This document shows positions 33,684 to 43,103 of a DNA stretch of 51,327 nucleotides, piece by piece (the first letter of the stretch is position 1; each line of letters opens with the position of its first letter). The position numbers and the translations under genes are program-made. Below the pieces are notes generated by a model. It saw only the letters and a list, made by a program, of their open reading frames with translations. It searched no databases and was not told the DNA's origin. Origin of the DNA: a virus (lineage: Duplodnaviria > Caudoviricetes); the IMG/VR virus record IMGVR_UViG_3300010354_000127, positions 1 through 51,327 of that record, one strand, 5' to 3'.

Positions 33684-35618
33684 TCAGTAGGGAGTCACGG
33701 GGATGTCGTCGAAGGTCACCTCCGTCAGCACCTCGTTTGGCTCGAAGCCAGCGAGGGAGAAGGTCACCTCGATCTGTCGCAGGAACTGTGCCGCCTGGCT
33801 GTTCACGCTGACCAGCTCCTGTCCCTGGGTCACCGTCTGGCTGACCACAACGGTGCCGCTGCCGCGATTGAACACCTGCGTGATCGGGCTGAGCCAGACG
33901 GTGTTGATCTGCTGCCAGCGGTCGATCGCCGGCGTCAGCGTCACCAGCGAGGGCAGCGGCAGGAACACCTGGAACGGGTTGATCTTCTCGCTGCCGGTCT
34001 GCCGCGTCTGGCTCAGGATGATCTCCTCGGTGAAGGGGAGTGTCCAGTCCTGGGTGTTGTTGGTCGTCGCCTGGTAGGCCGCGGCCTCGATGCCGAGGGT
34101 GAGGACGCCCTCGCTGGAACTCGCGGTCTGCGCCAGGCCCTGGTCCCGCAGGTCGTCATCGAGGAACGGATCGACGAACACGCCGCGCTTCGTCGTCGGC
34201 TCGCGGCTGCTGACGTCTCGCTGCAGTCGCTCCAGCGCCACCAGGTCGAACAGGTCGACGATCAAGGTGCGCATCCGCTCCAGCTGAACGAACGGAATGG
34301 CGCGCACGCCGTCGTTCGTCACCAGCGGGCCCACACCCCAGCGATGCTGCAGCGTCGCCAGCGGGAGCAGGGTGCTGGAGACGGACGGTGGAATGGGGTT
34401 GAACCGGGTGCTGACGCCCTTCACCCGCACGAAGTCGCCATTCTGATCGATGGCAATCCGGTCGTAGCGGGGCAGCTTCCACACGTAGTCGGCCAGCACC
34501 AGCGTGCCATTCACAGGGCCCTGAACGGCGAAGGTGCCGTTCTGCAGGTCGATCTGTGACGGCGAGACGTTGGTCAGGTAGCGGTAGGTGACGGAGTAGG
34601 TGCTGCCCGGGGCAGGCTCCGCCCCGCCGGGGGCCCAGCTCACCCTGTCGCCGTTCAGCAGGTAGTCGGTGCCGGCGGTGTAGGTTGTGCCGCCCTGCGT
34701 GATCGACTGGATGCTCAGCACCGACACGTCGGGCAGGTCATCCAGGCCGCCGGTGAAGCCGCCGCGGGTGATGGTGACCGTCTTCTGCAGGGTGGCCACC
34801 ACCTCGGTGATCTCCTGCAGCGGGAAGCGGTTCAGCTGGATGCTGCCAGGATCGCCCGTCGCCGAGGTGAAGGTGTCGGGCTCAGCCGTCACCACCTCCA
34901 GATCAGGATCCTCGGCGTAGACCAGTCGAGTGCTGACCCTCTTGTCGATCTTGTAGCCCTGGATGTTCCCGGTTCCGTCCTTGACGGTCAGGATGTTGTT
35001 TCCGCCGGTGAGCGAAACGAAGCCTACATTCAGCCCATCGACGATGTAATTGCCGTTGCTCTCCCGGTCATAGCGGGCGAGGGCCTCGAAGAAGGCGTTG
35101 TTGTTCAGCGGCGGGTTCTGAGTGATCAGGTTCCCATCCACCAGGGTGAACACTGGGTAGAACGCACCAGTGCCGAAGCCCTCGCGCCCCCACGTGCCAG
35201 TCACCTGCAGGCGGCCGGCGCCAGGTTCGTTGTAGTTGCGGGTGTTCGGGGCCGGGTCGCGGAGCGTCGCGTCATCGTCCTCGGTCAGCTCCTGCTCCAC
35301 CAGGAACACGCCGACGCGGACCAGGCCGACGATGGGGATGCTGACGACGGCCTGCGGGATGTCGCGCATCGCGCCACGCAGATAGACCGTCGCTGCCGGG
35401 CAGGTGATCTTCTCCTCGAGCAGGTCGACGATCGGGTCGACGCCTTGCACCACCTGGCCATCACGGAACACCTTGTCGGCGATCCGCCGGAGACGATCCA
35501 GCATGGTGCTCTGGATCTCGTTCAGCTCGGCCGACTGCAGGCCCTTGCTCGCACGGAACAGGAGCTGGTCGTACTGATCCGCCGGGTCGAAGCGGTTGAA
35601 GTAGCCGGGGAGGGTCAT
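33684..35618 (-). CDS. DUF4815-like baseplate/virion structural protein
   Basis: YFNRFDP, LQSAELNEIQ, RESNGNYIV.G, GVFVDPF.DD. Confidence 0.75.
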   Translation of the reverse strand: MTLPGYFNRFDPADQYDQLLFRASKGLQSAELNEIQSTMLDRLRRIADKVFRDGQVVQGVDPIVDLLEEKITCPAATVYLRGAMRDIPQAVVSIPIVGLVRVGVFLVEQELTEDDDATLRDPAPNTRNYNEPGAGRLQVTGTWGREGFGTGAFYPVFTLVDGNLITQNPPLNNNAFFEALARYDRESNGNYIVDGLNVGFVSLTGGNNILTVKDGTGNIQGYKIDKRVSTRLVYAEDPDLEVVTAEPDTFTSATGDPGSIQLNRFPLQEITEVVATLQKTVTITRGGFTGGLDDLPDVSVLSIQSITQGGTTYTAGTDYLLNGDRVSWAPGGAEPAPGSTYSVTYRYLTNVSPSQIDLQNGTFAVQGPVNGTLVLADYVWKLPRYDRIAIDQNGDFVRVKGVSTRFNPIPPSVSSTLLPLATLQHRWGVGPLVTNDGVRAIPFVQLERMRTLIVDLFDLVALERLQRDVSSREPTTKRGVFVDPFLDDDLRDQGLAQTASSSEGVLTLGIEAAAYQATTNNTQDWTLPFTEEIILSQTRQTGSEKINPFQVFLPLPSLVTLTPAIDRWQQINTVWLSPITQVFNRGSGTVVVSQTVTQGQELVSVNSQAAQFLRQIEVTFSLAGFEPNEVLTEVTFDDIPVTPY

Positions 35619-36103
35619 CAGAGGGTCACCACGATCTCGAAGAGCTGGCGGGTTGTGATCTCACGCACGATGGGTGCGCTGCGCTGGATGACGAGCATCC
35701 GCCCTGGATCCGCCACCTCGCTCGGGGCCAGGTAGAACTTGCCCGCCGGCACGTTCGGCGCCTTCACGGTGTCGAGGAAGATCGCCTGCTCACGGATCAC
35801 CGAGCCGAGACCTTCCTCGAACTCGAAGAAGAATCGGAAGTACAGGTGGTTCGTGGGGGTTTGCGTGACCACGAACCGGCCATCGGGCACGACGATCGGC
35901 CCGGCGTTGTCGGGAAGGCAGTAGTCGATCGACGTGGCCTGCCGCCTGCCAACCTCCGAGACGAGGGTGGAAGCGTCGACGGGTGGAGGCGGTGGGGTGT
36001 TGCCCCATGCCGGATTGCCGATGCCCCACGCCAGATGCGCGACGCGCGCCTTCACAGACGCCGCGAGGCCGATCCGGCCAGAGGTGGTCAGGATTGCTGC
36101 CAT
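35618..36103 (-). CDS. Baseplate-associated protein
   Basis: AILTTSGR..LA, HLAWG.G..W, EVGRR; between gpI and the DUF4815-like gene. Confidence 0.65.
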   Translation of the reverse strand: MAAILTTSGRIGLAASVKARVAHLAWGIGNPAWGNTPPPPPVDASTLVSEVGRRQATSIDYCLPDNAGPIVVPDGRFVVTQTPTNHLYFRFFFEFEEGLGSVIREQAIFLDTVKAPNVPAGKFYLAPSEVADPGRMLVIQRSAPIVREITTRQLFEIVVTL

Positions 36104-36136
36104 GGTGCGAGTCTAGCCGTGCTCCGTTCAGGCTCC

Positions 36137-37135
36137 CTATTGCAGGGTGGTGATCTGGGCTTCCCAGTTGGTGAGGTGCCACGCCTCGTCGAGGGCGTCG
36201 CGGCTCAGGATGAACCGGTCGTGATCGACCGCATGGGTGATGACGATGCCATCGACGATCGTGCCGCTCTCGAAGACGTCATCCTCGAACACATCACTGT
36301 CGAAGACCGACTGGACACCCACGCCGACGGTGGTGATGGCCGCCGGCCAGTTGGTGACGTGCCATTCCTCATCGAGGACGCCCTGGCTGAGGAGGAAGCG
36401 ATCCTGGTTCGTCGCCGCTTCCATCCGCATCGCGGTGGCGACGCTGGCCACGACCGTTTCGATCGCGACCTGGAATGCCTTCAAGGCGCCGAAGCTGACC
36501 TGCGGGAAGTCCTGCAGGTCGGACTCGATGGCCTGCGTCCACGGCTGATCGTTCCAGCTGAACAGGCCCCAGGTCAGGCCGGTGCCCAGCTCGGAATTGA
36601 ACAGCCGCACCCCGCTGTGATCCGACAGCATCCCGCCCTCGGAGAGCAGGGTGTCGTCCAGCACGAATCGGCGCATGTCGTAATGCACCGAATAGACCCG
36701 CTGCAGTCGGCTGCGCACCGGCGCGCTGATCCGGCTGAGGCCCACCAGACGGCGCAGCGCATCGAACCCGGTCGACGGCTGCTGCAGGCCCACCATGAAC
36801 TCCGACCAGCGGAAGGTGCCGGCCTCCGGTTCCTCCACCCACCCGTCAAGGTTCAGCCAGCTCAGGCCGATGGTCAGCGCCTGGGGCGTGCCCCGGATCC
36901 GCTGCCACAGGATCCCCTCGGCCAGCGCCCGGCGCTCATCCTCCAGGTAGGGCAGCAGCTCGCCGAGGCCGTATTCGTAGATCAGCCATGGCACCACGCT
37001 GTCGGGGATGTTGAGCCGCTTGGCGGTGCGGATGATCGGCACCGGACCGGCGGCCCGCACCAGGCTGGAGGTGGACCGGCTGAGGTCGCGCTCCAGCTGC
37101 GTCGCATTGGGCGGCAGCAGGTCGTGACGGCTCAT
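36137..37135 (-). CDS. P2 gpI-like baseplate protein
   Basis: LLPPNAT.LER, VPWLIYEYGL, WQRIRGTP; follows gpJ. Confidence 0.85.
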   Translation of the reverse strand: MSRHDLLPPNATQLERDLSRSTSSLVRAAGPVPIIRTAKRLNIPDSVVPWLIYEYGLGELLPYLEDERRALAEGILWQRIRGTPQALTIGLSWLNLDGWVEEPEAGTFRWSEFMVGLQQPSTGFDALRRLVGLSRISAPVRSRLQRVYSVHYDMRRFVLDDTLLSEGGMLSDHSGVRLFNSELGTGLTWGLFSWNDQPWTQAIESDLQDFPQVSFGALKAFQVAIETVVASVATAMRMEAATNQDRFLLSQGVLDEEWHVTNWPAAITTVGVGVQSVFDSDVFEDDVFESGTIVDGIVITHAVDHDRFILSRDALDEAWHLTNWEAQITTLQ

Positions 37136-37974
37136 CGATCGCGACCGGCGAACTGCAGCGCGACGGTGCCCAGGGCCGGGGCAGTCGCTGGGTCACAGGT
37201 GACTGTGGCAACCGGCGCATTCAGCCGCACCCGTTGGATGCCAGGCCGCTGCAGCTGCGCGATCAGCCAGCTCTGCGTCACGTCCCACCCCAGACCGGCA
37301 GCAGCCTCGAATGCTGTTCGCAGGCTGGCCTCCAGTCCGTTGAACACCGCGATCGGAGTGTCGGGCAGGAGGTAGATGTCGGCGTTGACGTTCACCGTCT
37401 CGATCGTTGCGCTCACCGTCGTCACCGTGTCGGTGATCACCCGCACATCGTCGCTCTGCACCACGTTCTCCACCAGCTCCAGCAGGGCTGCATCGGCGGT
37501 TCCGTCTCCCTCCTTGCTGAGCACTGACACGCGCACCTGCCCGGGGCCGGGGCTGTCGACGTTCACGTCAGCGATCAGCGGGCTGGCGGTCAGCGCCTGG
37601 TAGCGATACCAGCTCTTGCCGCCCGCCGTGCTGCTGCCCTTGATCCGCTCGATGGTGCGGGCCCGCAGCGCCTCGTCACTCTCATCGGTCAGCCGAACGA
37701 CGCCATAGAAGGCGGCCAGATTCTCAAGGTCGGCGGAGATGGCAAACCGCAGAAGGGTTGCCTTGAGGGCGTCGTTGATGCGCTGTCTGAGGATGAGCTC
37801 GCGGGCCGCGGCCACCTCCAGGATCTTCACCCCTGGATCGGACTCGAGGATCTCGGAGTAGGAGGGATCGCGGCTCTGAAGGTCCGCAATCATTGCCTGA
37901 AGGATGGTCTCGAAGTCAAGCTCCTCGATGATCGTCGGAGCTGGAATGGAGCTGAAGTCGATTGCCGTGCTCAT
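37132..37974 (-). CDS. Baseplate assembly protein J
   Basis: IIEELDFETI, ESDP..KILEV.A.RE, STAG...Y. Confidence 0.92.
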   Translation of the reverse strand: MSTAIDFSSIPAPTIIEELDFETILQAMIADLQSRDPSYSEILESDPGVKILEVAAARELILRQRINDALKATLLRFAISADLENLAAFYGVVRLTDESDEALRARTIERIKGSSTAGGKSWYRYQALTASPLIADVNVDSPGPGQVRVSVLSKEGDGTADAALLELVENVVQSDDVRVITDTVTTVSATIETVNVNADIYLLPDTPIAVFNGLEASLRTAFEAAAGLGWDVTQSWLIAQLQRPGIQRVRLNAPVATVTCDPATAPALGTVALQFAGRDR

Positions 37975-38312
37975 CAGATCACCAGCCCCTCGATCTCGAT
38001 GCGCTTGCCCTCGAGGAGATAGTAGCCAACGAGGCTCAGCTCGATCCTGCCTTCAGAGCTGACGCTGTGCACCTTCACCTGCTCCAGGCGGAGGCGTGGT
38101 TCCCAGCGGTCGAGCGCTTCGGCGGTGGCGGCCACCAGGTCGGCGACGAGGCTGGCATTGATGGGGCGATCGACCAGGCGGGGGAGGTTGCTGCCGTAGT
38201 CGCGGCGATGCACCCGTGATCCGACGGGAGTGGTGAGGATGTCCTCGATGCTCTGCTTCAGGTGGTCGAAGCCACCGAGCGCCTTGCCGGTCGTGCGGCT
38301 CATGCCGGCCAT
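37974..38312 (-). CDS. GPW/gp25-family baseplate wedge protein
   Basis: HLKQSIEDILTTPVGSRV.RRDYGS, WEPRLRL. Confidence 0.92.
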   Translation of the reverse strand: MAGMSRTTGKALGGFDHLKQSIEDILTTPVGSRVHRRDYGSNLPRLVDRPINASLVADLVAATAEALDRWEPRLRLEQVKVHSVSSEGRIELSLVGYYLLEGKRIEIEGLVI

Positions 38313-38322
38313 CGCCGCCTCC

Positions 38323-38580
38323 TCAGTTGCAGTAGACGTTCGAGCTCCCACCGGTCAGGGTAGCCCCGCAGGCGGTGCTGTCCCCGACGCGCGCGATGCG
38401 GCGGCCATTGGCCTGCGTGTCGTCGCTGGCGGTGACGATCGGGTTGGGCCCGTGAATGGGGCAGCTGTAGATGTCGCCGATGCGGGCCACCGAAATGCCG
38501 TTCACGCGAATGGAGGGGCTGCCAGTGGTGACCACACCACCGTGGCTGCCAGGGTCTCCAACTCGCACGACGCTGGGCAT
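38323..38580 (-). CDS. PAAR-domain spike tip protein
   Basis: RVGD..SHGG, VARIGD..CP.HG, IARVGD...CGA. Confidence 0.9.
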   Translation of the reverse strand: MPSVVRVGDPGSHGGVVTTGSPSIRVNGISVARIGDIYSCPIHGPNPIVTASDDTQANGRRIARVGDSTACGATLTGGSSNVYCN

Positions 38581-38582
38581 GG

Positions 38583-39140
38583 TCAGGGGTTCAGGTTGAT
38601 GGATGAGCCGCTGATCGTCACCGCGCCTGTGGCCTGGATGGTGGCCGATCCTCCGGCCTGAACGGTGGTGTCACCCGAGGACTGGATAGTCACGGTGCCG
38701 GCCTTGACCAGGACGGTGCCGTTGCTGGCGGTGGTGTCGATCAGATACTGGTTCGCCTCGCGGTCATATTCGATGACGGTGCCGTCGTCGAACGTCTGGC
38801 GCTGCACCGTTTCGCGGTCGCCGTTCTGGTTGTCGTTGGAGAAGGCAGCGGGGAGCGCGACAGCATTGGCCAGCTCGCCAGAGGGGGCCAGCAGCAGCAT
38901 CACCTCGCCGACCTCCGGCGCCCACCAGAAGCGATCGCCGCCCGCGCGCAGCGTGATCCATGGGATCCAATCGGTGAGCAGCTCACCCTCCTGGAGCTCC
39001 ACCCGGATCAACGCCTTCTCATAGTCCGCCTCCTTCACCACGCCATAGCGGATGAAGTTCGCGCCGCGCCGTGAGGCCTCGGTGTGCTCGAACGCACCGA
39101 CGCCAGAGGTGATCTGATCGTCGCGATTAACCCTGAGCAC
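38583..39140 (-). CDS. Baseplate spike protein V
   Basis: TDWIPW...RAG..RFWWAP.VGE, FDDGT.IEYD; GTG start inferred. Confidence 0.88.
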   Translation of the reverse strand: MLRVNRDDQITSGVGAFEHTEASRRGANFIRYGVVKEADYEKALIRVELQEGELLTDWIPWITLRAGGDRFWWAPEVGEVMLLLAPSGELANAVALPAAFSNDNQNGDRETVQRQTFDDGTVIEYDREANQYLIDTTASNGTVLVKAGTVTIQSSGDTTVQAGGSATIQATGAVTISGSSINLNP

Positions 39141-39459
39141 CGGCGGCCAGGCGGAAGTAGTAGCGGGCGGTGAGCGGGATGTCGGCCTCGGTGATGGGCC
39201 CCTCGAAGATGCCCTGCAGCACCAGCTTCGAGGCGAGGAGCATGATGCCCTGGCGAAGCGGATGGGGGAGGAGGTCAGGCAGTGGTGCACCGATGAACTC
39301 GGCAGCGGCAGCCATCGCCAGTTCGGTGGCGCGCTCCAGTTGCTCCTCGTCGGGTTCCTGCAGACCCATGAAGGTGGCGAGCTCGGCCGCGGCCTTGGAG
39401 GCCGGCAGCGGCACAGAAGTGTCGCCGGTGGGGGGTTTGGGTTTGCGGTTCGTGGCCAT
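39127..39459 (-). CDS. Head-tail connector-like protein
   Basis: AAAEFIG...LPHPLRQGIMLLA resembles HK97 gp6-like adaptors. Confidence 0.5.
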   Translation of the reverse strand: MATNRKPKPPTGDTSVPLPASKAAAELATFMGLQEPDEEQLERATELAMAAAAEFIGAPLPDLLPHPLRQGIMLLASKLVLQGIFEGPITEADIPLTARYYFRLAAGAQG

Positions 39460-39473
39460 CAGTCGATCGGCTC

Positions 39474-40064
39474 CTATTGGCTGAACAGTTCGGCGTCTCC
39501 GATGGGGCAGGCCTCGCCGGTGTTGCCTGCTGGGCACCCTGCGGTGACCTGACCGCCAGGGTAGGCCCCAGAGCGATAGATGCTGTCGGGCTCCTCCTGA
39601 ACGTAGGGATTGCTGCAGTCGCGGAACGGGGTGCGGTACTTCACGCCGTAGCGCAGGGTGGTGGCGCCGGTGGTGAGGCTGCCGCTGAACTCCGGGTCTT
39701 CGGAACGTGTGTCGATCAGGTGAGGGTCGGAGGACTCGAAGCCTGGGATCACCCAGCTCTGGAGCCGAGCTTCGACGGCAGCAGCCATGTCGTCGAGCTC
39801 GGTGTCGATGTCGTCGAAGGACTGCGCGATGCAGATGACGGAGACGATGCAGAGGCGCTCCTCGAAGCCGTTCCAACCGGAGGGGCTGCGCTGCTGAAGC
39901 TCCTCGCGGTCGCGGGTGTGAACGACGATGGCCGGTAGTGTCGGTTCTGTCTCCTCATCGCCGATCGGCATGAGCCGGCCAGCATGAACGCGCTCCTCGG
40001 CGGGGGTGGTGTCCTTGAGGCGATCGACGAACGCGGCGCGGATGAGGGAGCGAGGGTGCGGCAT
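39474..40064 (-). CDS. Tail completion/terminator-like protein
   Basis: HPR..IR.A.V..L, LPAIVV, LDDMA..VE; position between head and baseplate genes. Confidence 0.6.
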   Translation of the reverse strand: MPHPRSLIRAAFVDRLKDTTPAEERVHAGRLMPIGDEETEPTLPAIVVHTRDREELQQRSPSGWNGFEERLCIVSVICIAQSFDDIDTELDDMAAAVEARLQSWVIPGFESSDPHLIDTRSEDPEFSGSLTTGATTLRYGVKYRTPFRDCSNPYVQEEPDSIYRSGAYPGGQVTAGCPAGNTGEACPIGDAELFSQ

Positions 40065-40068
40065 GGCC

Positions 40069-40731
40069 TCAGTAGAACGATGCGGCGACCAGGCGAAGGC
40101 TGCCGGAGGCGTTGGGGGTGGCGGTGATGGTCAGAGTTCCGTCGTCGGATGTGGTCAACGATGCGCTTGATGCAGCGCGGCTGCTGCTCCCGATCAACAC
40201 ATCAAAGTTCTCGTTGACGCCAGTCCACGTGAAGCTGGTTATCGCATTCTCGCTCGAAGCGGCAGCGGCAATGATGAAGCCAGCCTTGTGCGCAAGACCA
40301 AAAGCAATGGAGGTGCTACTGGCGAGTGCAGATTGATTGCTGGCGTGCGGCGTATTGGTGGTTAGATCGTAGGCCGCATAGAGCCCAACCGCACAGCTAT
40401 TGAAGTTGCCGTTTAGCGTGACAACAACATTCCCTGTAGTGCCGGTTGGAACATTTGCAATCCACAGCTGAACTGTGGGGCCGTTTGGTGCGATCGGATT
40501 GTCGCCGATGATGCGAGTTGCGGCGACGCCAGCAACAGTCAGCGACGTTACTGTCCTTGCGGCGTTCTGACCTGCAAGAGCAACAATGATCCGGCGGCTG
40601 CTATCTGCCTGACCGAGCGACAGACTGGAAAATGTGTAGCTTGAGCTAGCTGACGTGTTCGCGGCGCTAGCAGTGAACGCAAATGATGCCGGCTTGGCGA
40701 ACCGATACGGGTTGAAGAAGATAACGCTCAT
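40069..40731 (-). CDS. Hypothetical beta-rich virion protein
   Basis: Ser/Thr/Ala-rich; N-terminal FNPYRF; visibly lower GC. Confidence 0.65.
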   Translation of the reverse strand: MSVIFFNPYRFAKPASFAFTASAANTSASSSYTFSSLSLGQADSSRRIIVALAGQNAARTVTSLTVAGVAATRIIGDNPIAPNGPTVQLWIANVPTGTTGNVVVTLNGNFNSCAVGLYAAYDLTTNTPHASNQSALASSTSIAFGLAHKAGFIIAAAASSENAITSFTWTGVNENFDVLIGSSSRAASSASLTTSDDGTLTITATPNASGSLRLVAASFY

Positions 40732-40733
40732 CG

Positions 40734-42365
40734 TTACGTCCGTAGCACGATCAGATACACCTTCAGGCCAGCACCCGCGACAGTCGACCCAACCTGGTCG
40801 ATGTCCACGCTGATCTCGGCGTCATCCGCCAGGGCGCTGTCTGTGATCGTCGCGGCGCTCGCGGCTGTCGTGCTGCTGAACTCGGTGGCGTCGATCGACA
40901 GCTTCGTGCCCAGCAGGCTGACGCCGTTCTCGTTGATGTCCACGATCAGCGTGCTGCCGGTCGGTGCCGTGTTCACGCTGGCCCGCACCGCCAGCAGCGT
41001 GGCCGCGAATGGCATTCGGAACCGCACCCGGTTCGTGCTCACCGTCAGCGCTGTGGTCTCATCGCTGCAGGCCAGCACGATCACATCCGTGTCGCGCTGG
41101 TGCACGTGATCAGCGCGTGAGGCGGAGGCCGCTACACCAGCCGAGGCGCTGGCGCCCAGGGCCTGCGGCGTCGCATTGCTGTAGCTCGCATCAGCGCCTG
41201 CTGGCCCCTGCGCTCCGGTGTCCCCTCGGGGGATCGTGAAGTTGAGGACGGCAGCGCTGCTGGTGCCGGTGTTCGTGATGCTGACGTTGCTGCCAGCCGC
41301 ACCAGTGCTGACGGTGCCGAGCTGGAACGTCGCGGCGGCCCCTGCTGGCCCCGTCGCGCCAGCCGGCCCGGTCGCCCCCTGCGGGCCGGTGATGTCCGCG
41401 AGCGCGACGAGGTTCGTCCATGTGGTCGTCCCTGCGTACCGCCACTGCAGGTAGAGGCTCGACTTCTGCAGCTCGATCTCTCGGCCGTCAGCCCCCGTCG
41501 GCCCGGCCGGGCCCGTCGCGCCAGTGTCGCCGCGCGGAATCGTGAAGTTCAGGACGGCTGCCGAGCTGCTGCCGCCATTGCTGACGCTGGCATTGCTGCC
41601 CGGTGCGCCGGTCGTCACCGTGCCGACGCTCACCGTGGCCGCAGCGCCAGCAGGGCCCGTCGGGCCGGTCGCCCCCTGTGGCCCCGTGATGGCGCTGAGC
41701 GCCACCAGGTTCGTCCAGGTCGTCGTCCCCACGTAGCGCCACTGGACGTGGGTCGCGCTGACCTGCAGCTCGACCTCCCGGCCATCGTCGCCAGCAGGGC
41801 CCTGGATCGGGCCCAGATTCACCCAGGCGGTGCCGCTCCACACATGGACATCGCCGGTGCCCGTCACCTTGTAGGCGTCGCCCTCAGTGGGGCTGCTGAT
41901 CGTGCTCAGGTCGCCGACGGTCGCGACGGTGCCCTTGATCACGAACCCAGTGCCGTCTGCACCAGCAGGGCCCGTGATGGTGCTCAGCGGCACCAGGTCG
42001 GTCCATGCCAGATCGCCCACGAACCGCCACTGCACGGCGGTCGCCGACTTGCGCAGCTCGATCTCTCGGCCGTCGTCACCAGCAGGGCCGGCTGGGCCAG
42101 CGGCGCCAGGGGTGCCGGCCGCTCCAGCCGGGCCAGTGATGTCCGCCAGCGGCACCAGGTTGGTCCAACTGGTGTCGCCTGCATACCGCCACTGCACGTG
42201 GGTCGAGGACTTCTGCAGCTCGATCTCACGCCCATCGGCGCCAGGCTGGCCGGCCGACTGCGACGCAGCCTCGATCGCTGCCTCGAGCAGATCAAGGTTC
42301 TGGTCGTGCTCCGCCTTCGTCAGCGGCGCCCCTTTGATCAGGCGGCGGATCAGGTTCAGTGGCAT
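40734..42365 (-). CDS. Collagen-like repeat fibre protein
   Basis: GXY runs; four DGRE(I/V)EL...QWR(Y/F)...WT.LV.L..ITGP modules. Confidence 0.8.
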   Translation of the reverse strand: MPLNLIRRLIKGAPLTKAEHDQNLDLLEAAIEAASQSAGQPGADGREIELQKSSTHVQWRYAGDTSWTNLVPLADITGPAGAAGTPGAAGPAGPAGDDGREIELRKSATAVQWRFVGDLAWTDLVPLSTITGPAGADGTGFVIKGTVATVGDLSTISSPTEGDAYKVTGTGDVHVWSGTAWVNLGPIQGPAGDDGREVELQVSATHVQWRYVGTTTWTNLVALSAITGPQGATGPTGPAGAAATVSVGTVTTGAPGSNASVSNGGSSSAAVLNFTIPRGDTGATGPAGPTGADGREIELQKSSLYLQWRYAGTTTWTNLVALADITGPQGATGPAGATGPAGAAATFQLGTVSTGAAGSNVSITNTGTSSAAVLNFTIPRGDTGAQGPAGADASYSNATPQALGASASAGVAASASRADHVHQRDTDVIVLACSDETTALTVSTNRVRFRMPFAATLLAVRASVNTAPTGSTLIVDINENGVSLLGTKLSIDATEFSSTTAASAATITDSALADDAEISVDIDQVGSTVAGAGLKVYLIVLRT

Positions 42366-42408
42366 CGGCCGCGCGCTCCTACGTGGGGTCCGTCAATCTC
42401 GATCGTGC

Positions 42409-42729
42409 TCATGAGGCCGTCCGGTGCAGCAGCAGCAGCCAGCCGGTGTGGCCATCCGACTGTGGGTCGCGCACCTTGAACCGCTTCCCACGCACCTCCA
42501 CCTCATCGCCCTGTCGTGGCTCGATCGGCAGGTCGCGCGCATCGATCAGCAGCACCGGCTGGGTGGAGCGGACCTGCACGCCGGTCTCGGGGTCGAGGCC
42601 GACGTGCGAGGCCTGGTAGACGCCACGGACCTGGTGGACATCCTCGCCGCGTCGGTAGGTGACGGGAGATTGCTCCCCCATCACCCGCACGACTGCGCGC
42701 ATTGCGAGGCCCGCCAGGTCCTGTCGCAT
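42409..42729 (-). CDS. Head-tail joining protein
   Basis: 106 aa; VTYR...V.GV...P.QGD.VEV.G..F.V...DG pattern; follows the capsid genes. Confidence 0.7.
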   Translation of the reverse strand: MRQDLAGLAMRAVVRVMGEQSPVTYRRGEDVHQVRGVYQASHVGLDPETGVQVRSTQPVLLIDARDLPIEPRQGDEVEVRGKRFKVRDPQSDGHTGWLLLLHRTAS

Positions 42730-43064
42730 CAGGCCGACTCGTTCAGCCGCACACGGGCCACCGCATCGGTGGTGGCCTTGGCCGCCAGGAACACGCCGAT
42801 CTTGGTGTTGCTGGTGCTCACCGGCGTGACCTTCTTCGCGCTGTTGTCCCAGTAGGCCAGGGCGCCCACCGTCGCGTCGGTGCTGGCACCGGTCGCAGCG
42901 GCGATGTCGTAGACGCCCTCGGTGTGGATGTTGATGCTGTCGTTCTGCGCGCCGTCGACGACGCAGACGCCGAACAGGCTGCCGACCAGCACACCCTCGC
43001 CCGACTTGCGGGCATAGGGCAGGGGCACCTCGACGTAGCACCCCTCTTGCACGTAGTTCTTCAT
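42729..43064 (-). CDS. DUF2190-family capsid decoration/cement protein
   Basis: MKNYVQEG, SGEGVLVGSLFGV, EGVY, YWDN, VRLN. Confidence 0.88.
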   Translation of the reverse strand: MKNYVQEGCYVEVPLPYARKSGEGVLVGSLFGVCVVDGAQNDSINIHTEGVYDIAAATGASTDATVGALAYWDNSAKKVTPVSTSNTKIGVFLAAKATTDAVARVRLNESA

Positions 43065-43103
43065 GGATCAGTCCTCAGATGGATGGTCAGGAGGGAGCGC
43101 CGA

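Noticed and set aside
29884-42365. Diversity-generating retroelement or invertible tail-fibre cassette
   Set aside because: No reverse transcriptase or invertase and no template/variable repeat pair was seen.
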